From Nitrospirota bacterium (GTDB taxonomy: Bacteria; Nitrospirota; Nitrospiria; JACQBZ01): 64,000 nucleotides of DNA. The first letter of the stretch is position 1. Every line of letters starts with the position of its first letter. Made by a program: the position numbers and the translations under genes. Positions 58,474 through 64,000 of this stretch are shown here, in pieces. The stretch is from the NCBI GenBank assembly GCA_016200255.1, contig JACQFA010000022.1, positions 12,963 to 76,962 of the forward strand. The letters are read 5' to 3'. Below the pieces are notes generated by a model. The model ran no database searches. It was not told where the DNA came from and worked only from the letters and a program-made list of their open reading frames with translations.

Positions 58474-59977
58474 GATTCTCTCCGACTTGGACGGGCAGGA
58501 AGAGGGTGAAGGTTGACCCCTTCCCCTCGGCACTTTGGACCTCAATCCGGCCCCCGTGTTCTTGAATAATCCGCTCCGCGATCGAGAGCCCGAGTCCGAA
58601 GCCGCTGACCTTCGTCGTAAAATAGGGATCAAACAGCTTTGGAAGGTTCTGCGGGGGTATCCCGCAGCCGGTGTCACGGACGGAGACCACGACCTCATCC
58701 CCGTCCCGCACCCAGGTCGAGATGTAAAGTTCTCCCCCCTCCGGCATCGCCTGGATGGCATTGATCAAGAGATTGAGCAGCACCTGCCTCAGCAAATCGT
58801 AATCGGCCGAAATCTTGGGGAGGGCCGTATCAAAATGCCGATGGATCTGAATCTGCTGCTGGTTCGCCTCGGCGGTAATGAAGGCCGCCGTTTCCTCGAT
58901 AAGATCATTGAGGTGGGTCGGCTGACGTGAAGGTGTCGGCGACTTGGCAAATCGCAAGAAACTTTCGACGATTTCATTGAGCCTCCCAACTTCCCGTCTC
59001 ATGTTTTCGGATAATTCCAGGAACTTTCCGGCATCGGCTTGATCCTTCGGTGTAAACCGATCTTTCATGTGATCGATGATGAGACCGAGGCTGTTCAATG
59101 GATTCTTGATTTCATGGGCCACCCCCGCGCCCAACCGGCTGATGACCTCCAGCCTTTCGACCCGCTTCTGGGTCTCCTCCAGCTTGAGAATCCCCTCTGC
59201 CATTCGGTTGAAGGCGATCTTCAGTACACCGATCTCATCCTTCCGGGACTCATCCATGCGCAGGCTGAGATCCCCCCGACCGATCCGAATTGCCGCCTGG
59301 ACCAGCTCCCCGATCGGTTTTGTAACGCTCTTGGCAAAATAGGTGGCGAAAAACAGTCCGACAAAGAAGAGTCCGCCCGCGACGACAAAGCTCCAGATCT
59401 TCACCCGATCCAAAAGAACCACAGCGGGATTCATCGACATCTCGATACGACCAAATCCCAAGAACCGTTCCTGTTGGAAAAGCGGAAAGGTCAGGAAGAG
59501 AATGGTATCCCGCCCGCGCTGACGGATTTGCGTATCGATTTCATTTTGCGCAAGCCTTGCCAACGTCGCCTCGTCGACCCTTTCCTCCAGTGGGAGGATG
59601 CGGCCCTCCTTTTGTGCGGGAAAATCGATCACGACGCGGTTTCCCGCATCAATGAAAAACAGGTCATGCAGCCCCTCATTTTCACTGTAGATATCGAGGT
59701 GCCTTTCCTCTTCACCAAAATGCTCGATGAATTTTCGAATCTGTTGTTTCTCGTCTTCTGGAATGCTCGCCAGATCGGTCTGGCTGGACTTCAAGATCAG
59801 TTCCGATAGGTTGAGCTGCAACGTCTTGCCCATTAGCAAGGCCCGCTGACGGATCTGGTCGATTAAGATTTGTTTTTCGATCTGATAGTTGAGAAGAAAG
59901 AAGGCCGCCGTTGTGGCGAACAACAGCAACAGCATCGTCAGGGTCAAACGTCTGCGAAACGATCCGGTGGAAACCAT
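58466..59977 (-). CDS. HAMP-domain sensor histidine kinase
   Basis: 2 TM segments, periplasmic domain, HAMP (DEIG.L..AFN.M), AHEIKNPL, PYFTTK, GLGL. Confidence 0.92.
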   Translation of the reverse strand: MVSTGSFRRRLTLTMLLLLFATTAAFFLLNYQIEKQILIDQIRQRALLMGKTLQLNLSELILKSSQTDLASIPEDEKQQIRKFIEHFGEEERHLDIYSENEGLHDLFFIDAGNRVVIDFPAQKEGRILPLEERVDEATLARLAQNEIDTQIRQRGRDTILFLTFPLFQQERFLGFGRIEMSMNPAVVLLDRVKIWSFVVAGGLFFVGLFFATYFAKSVTKPIGELVQAAIRIGRGDLSLRMDESRKDEIGVLKIAFNRMAEGILKLEETQKRVERLEVISRLGAGVAHEIKNPLNSLGLIIDHMKDRFTPKDQADAGKFLELSENMRREVGRLNEIVESFLRFAKSPTPSRQPTHLNDLIEETAAFITAEANQQQIQIHRHFDTALPKISADYDLLRQVLLNLLINAIQAMPEGGELYISTWVRDGDEVVVSVRDTGCGIPPQNLPKLFDPYFTTKVSGFGLGLSIAERIIQEHGGRIEVQSAEGKGSTFTLFLPVQVGENHA

Positions 59978-59984
59978 AAAAATT

Positions 59985-60013
59985 ATTCTATTCCACATCC
60001 GGCCCGGTTGCAA
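59985..60013 (-). promoter_or_regulatory. sigma70 promoter for the kinase, probably leaderless
   Basis: TTGCAA-N17-TAGAAT, 7 nt from ATG 59977. Confidence 0.65.
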
Positions 60014-60137
60014 GCTACGGGTCCAATCGATCCTGTTCTACTTTGAGTTATCGGAGCGAATGCCTGAAGAGAATTAGGCATGAGAAACGGAATTTGAACA
60101 GCGCTCGAACACCTTAAATTTTTGTAGAGAAAAAAAT

Positions 60138-60212
60138 TGGAGCGGGAAAGGGGATTTGAACCCCCGACCCTCGCCTTGGCAAGGCGATGCTCTACCACTG
60201 AGCTATTCCCGC
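60138..60212 (-). tRNA. tRNA-Gly(GCC)
   Basis: GCGGGAATAGCTCAGTGGTAGAGC; TCGCC-TTGCCAA-GGCGA; ends TCCA. Upstream TTGACA-N18-TATAGT (60242-60271). Confidence 0.96.
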
Positions 60213-60293
60213 ATCCTGTGAATTGATAAAATCAGAGAAACACTATACCCAAAATTCGGCGGGGTTGTCAATCGCCACCAGAGCGCCGTCGAA

Positions 60294-60809
60294 TCAAATC
60301 ACCTTGAACTCCACCACCTTTGAGCTGGCCTTACCGTTGCTGTCCTCGACGTAGATCTCGACGGTGTGCTCCCCCTTTGGAAACTCGGCCTGGGTCACAT
60401 GGATCCGGTGTCCCTCCACGTAGGGCTTGACCCGGTCGGTGATGTCGATCGTGAAAAATTTAATATACCGCACTTTGAGCGAAGGCATATTCGGCTCGGC
60501 CCCGTCTTTCGACGGGTTGAAGACGACATCAATCTCGACCGGCTGTTGACCAATCTCTCCACCGCCGGGACGAACAACCTCGATCTGGGGACCGTCCTTT
60601 AGTTCCAGAATCATGGACCGTCCCACTTCGGTCAACCCCTTTTCCTTCGCCGTCTGTTCCTGCCGGCCGATATCCTCGTTCGTGATCAGATGAAGAACAT
60701 CCGGATGCATCTGCGAAAAGACAGGAACGGCCGCCGCGATGAAAAGCCCGCCGACCAGTCCGAATAAAACCGGCAGAAAAATTCCAGAGGGATTTGAGTG
60801 TGCGTTCAT
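60294..60809 (-). CDS. Hypothetical exported protein with beta-rich (Ig-like) domain
   Basis: Signal-like N-terminus; GPQIEVV.P, DITDRVKPY, PKGEHTVEIYVEDSNG. Confidence 0.75.
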   Translation of the reverse strand: MNAHSNPSGIFLPVLFGLVGGLFIAAAVPVFSQMHPDVLHLITNEDIGRQEQTAKEKGLTEVGRSMILELKDGPQIEVVRPGGGEIGQQPVEIDVVFNPSKDGAEPNMPSLKVRYIKFFTIDITDRVKPYVEGHRIHVTQAEFPKGEHTVEIYVEDSNGKASSKVVEFKVI

Positions 60810-60839
60810 ATTTTGAGTCCATCGGTAAAAGGAGGGATA

Positions 60840-61664
60840 CTACCGTTGTTCCAGTTCCTTTAATGCCTGTTCGACCTGCTCCGGCGTCGGAGGAATGCCA
60901 TGGAGTTCCGGACGGTTCTCCATGAACGAAACCCCTTTGCCTTTAACCGTCCGGGCAATAATCACGGTCGGCTTTCCCTTCGCGGCGCGGGCCTCGTCAA
61001 AAGCCTTGCCGATCTGGTCCCAGTCATGGCCATCGATCTCAATCGCGTGCCACTTGAAGGCCTTCCATTTCTCGCCGAGGGGGGCGAGGTCCATGACGTC
61101 CTTGACCCAGCCGTCCTGCTGGGCCTGGTTGTGGTCGACGATCACGGTCAGATTATCCAGACCTCGGTTGCCCGCATACATCGCGGCTTCCCAGACCTGG
61201 CCTTCATCCAACTCCCCGTCGCCCGTCATGACATAGACACGATAGTCCTTCCGATCCAGCCGGCCGGCCAGCGCCATGCCGATGCCGATCGAGATGCCCT
61301 GACCCAGCGATCCGGTCGAGGCCTCGACGCCGCCCATGCGGTGCCGTTCGGGATGACCCTGCAGCGCACTGTCAAGTTTACGCAAGGTCATCAAGCGATC
61401 CACCGGAAAATAGCCGCTTCGCGCAAGAAAGGCATACAACGCCGGCGCGGCGTGACCTTTACTAAGAATAAACCGGTCCCGGTCGGACCAGTCCGGCCGC
61501 TTCGGATCATGCCGCAGAACCTGGAAGAAAAGCGTGGTCAGAATCTCGACGGTCGAAAGCGAACTGGTCGGATGGCCGGAGCCGGCCGCGCCGGTCATCC
61601 GGATGATGTCTTTGCGAATCGTGCTGGCCTGTTTTATCAGTTCTTCGCGATCTGAAATCATCAT
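60840..61664 (-). CDS. Transketolase, N-terminal (TPP-binding) subunit
   Basis: SGHP.SSLS, DRFILSKGHAAP, STGSLGQG, GDGELDEGQVWEA, T.KGKGVSFME. Confidence 0.93.
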   Translation of the reverse strand: MMISDREELIKQASTIRKDIIRMTGAAGSGHPTSSLSTVEILTTLFFQVLRHDPKRPDWSDRDRFILSKGHAAPALYAFLARSGYFPVDRLMTLRKLDSALQGHPERHRMGGVEASTGSLGQGISIGIGMALAGRLDRKDYRVYVMTGDGELDEGQVWEAAMYAGNRGLDNLTVIVDHNQAQQDGWVKDVMDLAPLGEKWKAFKWHAIEIDGHDWDQIGKAFDEARAAKGKPTVIIARTVKGKGVSFMENRPELHGIPPTPEQVEQALKELEQR

Positions 61665-61673
61665 GGTGCCATT

Positions 61674-61702
61674 AAATTAACAAAAACGACCCGCCAAGTC
61701 AA
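61674..61702 (-). promoter_or_regulatory. sigma70 promoter for transketolase
   Basis: TTGACT-N17-TAATTT with TGn; 9 nt to the ATG. Confidence 0.55.
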
Positions 61703-61761
61703 TGACGATCTCGTCACCGGCCCAACTCAGCGGACGAATCAGTCACGAATCAGGCCGTCGC

Positions 61762-61801
61762 AAAAAAAAGGGCCGGTTCTTGTAAAAAGACCCGGCCCTT
61801 T
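61762..61801 (-). terminator. Rho-independent terminator after the DEAD-box helicase
   Basis: GGGCCGG...CCGGCCC stem followed by T8 on the minus strand. Confidence 0.85.
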
Positions 61802-61834
61802 GATTTTGATACCGCTGCTGTCAGTGGTTTCGGT

Positions 61835-63055
61835 TTATCGCTCAAACACCGGACGCCGCCATTTGTTTGGACCGCCGCCGTTTTGTTGCCGCGGACGGAA
61901 CGGGCGACGCGACGGTTCTTCTTGCACGGTGCCATGGCTCTTAAATTCGGTGATCGTCACCTGAGGGATCTTCGATCCGATCAGCCGCTCGATATCCCGG
62001 AGGTTGCCCCGTTCGTTCGGGGACATCAACGAGATCGCGTCGCCGGTCGCCTCGGCCCGGGCGGTTCGCCCGATCCGGTGGACATAATCCTCCGGCGAGT
62101 CCGGAAACTCGTAGTTCACCACGTGAGAGATCCCCTTGACGTCCAGTCCGCGCGCGGCGATGTTCGTCGCGACCAGAACCTGGATCGATCCTCTACGGAA
62201 GTCCTCCAGCGTGCGCGTGCGCGCCCCCTGGCTTTTGTTGCTGTGAAGCGCCGCAACCCGTTTTCCTTTTCCTTCGAGCTGGCGCGCGAGGTGATCCGCG
62301 CGATGCTTCGTGCGCGTGAAGACGAGCACCTGGTCCATCTTTTCCTTTTCGATCAGATGAAGCAGAAGATCGCGTTTGCGCGAGGCATCCACCGGATAGA
62401 CCACCTGCCGGACGCCGCTGGCCGTCGCCCCCTGCCGCGCGATCTGGATCACGACCGGCTGCTTCAGGATTTCGTGCGCGAGTTTCTGGATCTCCCCCGC
62501 CATGGTGGCCGAGAAGAAAAGCGTCTGACGCTGCTGGGGAAGATTTTTGATGATCATCCGGACGTCCGGGATGAATCCCATATCGAGCATCCGGTCGGCC
62601 TCGTCGATCACCAGCACTTCGAGGTTTTTGTAATTCACATTGCCCTGCCGCATATGGTCCAGCAACCGGCCGGGGGTCGCCACGAGAATATCAACTCCTT
62701 GACGGAGCGTCATCCTCTGCCGCTCGATATTCACGCCGCCGAAAACGACGCCGGTTTTCAGCCGCATGTAACGGCCGTAGGTCCGGATGCTCTCGTGAAC
62801 CTGCGCCGCCAGCTCGCGCGTGGGCACCAGCACCAGCACACGAAGCGACGGCGAACGGCCCTCGCGCAACCGGTGAAGGATCGGCAGCGTAAAACCGGCC
62901 GTCTTTCCGGTTCCGGTCTGCGCGCAGCCGATCACGTCCTTCCCCGCCAGAACGGCCGGAATGGCCGCCTCCTGGATCGGGGTCGGGGTTTCATAATTTT
63001 TCGCCTTGACGGCGCGTAGAATTTCCGGGGCAAGCCCCATTTCTTCAAACGTCAT
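61835..63055 (-). CDS. rhlE: DEAD-box RNA helicase (RhlE-like)
   Basis: PTPIQ, AQTGTGKT, PTRELA, TPGRL, DEAD, SAT, ARGLD, HRIGRT. Confidence 0.92.
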   Translation of the reverse strand: MTFEEMGLAPEILRAVKAKNYETPTPIQEAAIPAVLAGKDVIGCAQTGTGKTAGFTLPILHRLREGRSPSLRVLVLVPTRELAAQVHESIRTYGRYMRLKTGVVFGGVNIERQRMTLRQGVDILVATPGRLLDHMRQGNVNYKNLEVLVIDEADRMLDMGFIPDVRMIIKNLPQQRQTLFFSATMAGEIQKLAHEILKQPVVIQIARQGATASGVRQVVYPVDASRKRDLLLHLIEKEKMDQVLVFTRTKHRADHLARQLEGKGKRVAALHSNKSQGARTRTLEDFRRGSIQVLVATNIAARGLDVKGISHVVNYEFPDSPEDYVHRIGRTARAEATGDAISLMSPNERGNLRDIERLIGSKIPQVTITEFKSHGTVQEEPSRRPFRPRQQNGGGPNKWRRPVFER

Positions 63056-63342
63056 TCTGTTACTCCAATTCTATTTGGGGACCGTAGTCCCATGCATGAT
63101 TGCGAAAAGACACGGACCAGCCGAATGTCCGTCGCCTAAATCAGCGCGACGTATGACGGCCTTGCCGGCCTTTCGCCTATATTGAAGAACCTTTTAGAAG
63201 AGTGATGGTCTATCGGTGGGGAATGATGGACCCGCTTCTTGAGGAGGGATCTACGTAGCGGATACCGCCTCGTGGTTCGTCAAAACTGAACGGACTATAA
63301 CATGAACGGTTTGGAATTAGCAAGCGGTATTTTGAACTATTT

Positions 63343-64000
63343 TTATTTCCGCCCGACACCGACGGTGACTTTTCGAAACCGGGCCGGCGCGGCGCCGTGG
63401 GACATTTCGGCCGTCTGGCCCGGCTGGCCCTTCCCGCAATTTACAACGCCCCAGAGCGTCCAGTGATCGCCGTCGCAGACCGCGTCGCAGGAACCCCAAA
63501 ACTCCGGCGTGATCCCCTGATAGGTGCAGTTCTTCAGCATCGCGCCGAGCTTGCCCTTTTTGATCTCCCATCCGACTTCGCAGCCGAACTGAAAGTTATA
63601 CCGCATCTGATCGATCGACCAGCTCTTGTTCGTGCACATCAAGATCCCGTCTTTCGTATCGGCAATGAGCTCATCCGGCGTCCGGTCGCCCGGCATCAGG
63701 CTCACGTTCGTGATCCGGATCATCGGAAGCGAGGCCCAGCTGTCGGCGCGGCAGCAGCCTCGGCTGTTCTGCTTGATCACCGGCGCGAATTCGCGGTTGG
63801 TGTGATACCCGACGAAGATCCCGTTTTGAACGATCGGCCAGCGCTGCGCGCGCACGCCGTCGTCGTCGTAGCCGAACGTCGCCAGGCCGCCGGGAACGGT
63901 CGAGTCGGCCATCAGAGTCACCTGGTCCGATCCGTAACGGAATTTACCGTACTTTTCCGTCGTTAGAAAACTCCGGCCGGCGTAGTTCTCCTCGATTCCC
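63343..64000 (-). CDS. tldD: TldD/PmbA-family metalloprotease, C-terminal part
   Basis: YDDDGV, R.TN....PG, WSIDQ.R.NFQFG, CGKGQPGQ...SHG.P; 5' end outside the window. Confidence 0.88.
   Translation of the reverse strand, partial: GIEENYAGRSFLTTEKYGKFRYGSDQVTLMADSTVPGGLATFGYDDDGVRAQRWPIVQNGIFVGYHTNREFAPVIKQNSRGCCRADSWASLPMIRITNVSLMPGDRTPDELIADTKDGILMCTNKSWSIDQMRYNFQFGCEVGWEIKKGKLGAMLKNCTYQGITPEFWGSCDAVCDGDHWTLWGVVNCGKGQPGQTAEMSHGAAPARFRKVTVGVGRK

Noticed and set aside
50276..60212. FKBP, czc and two-component genes flanked by tRNA-Val and tRNA-Gly as a possible genomic island
   Set aside because: No integrase, no duplicated tRNA 3' end spotted, and no obvious compositional break by eye.

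Overview
GC-rich core-chromosome segment of a diderm bacterium. Gene order and protein style suggest Nitrospirota or a related Desulfobacterota-like lineage; this is inference, not a database result. Left part: hppA (partial); ispE-tRNA-Gln-prs-rplY-pth; pgsA-like-aroE-pilB-pilT-pilC-pilS-pilR; a GAF membrane protein; an FAD/Fe-S oxidoreductase; and a murein-recycling cluster. Middle: rplM-rpsI-argC-argJ-rpsB-tsf-pyrH-frr-alr-mlaEFD-cbiX, then a System I ccm cluster followed by tlpA, ccdA, htrA, lgt and rnhC. Right part: yqeY-dnaG-rpoD-tRNA-zinc ribbon, dksA, an FKBP, czcCBA-type efflux genes with a sigma54 two-component system, a split transketolase subunit, a DEAD-box helicase and tldD (partial). 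I saw no CRISPR, prophage, integrase or transposase. The main oddities are: (1) the tRNA after rpoD, where tRNA-Ile2(CAU) normally sits, has a UAU anticodon; (2) a CcmE-like/CcmD-like fusion occupies the ccmD position; (3) MlaD is long with a beta-rich C-terminus, and mlaABC are absent; (4) a 48-aa hyper-acidic ORF with its own promoter precedes rplM; (5) several genes look leaderless; (6) a GTAG-REP-like structured 5'UTR is present.
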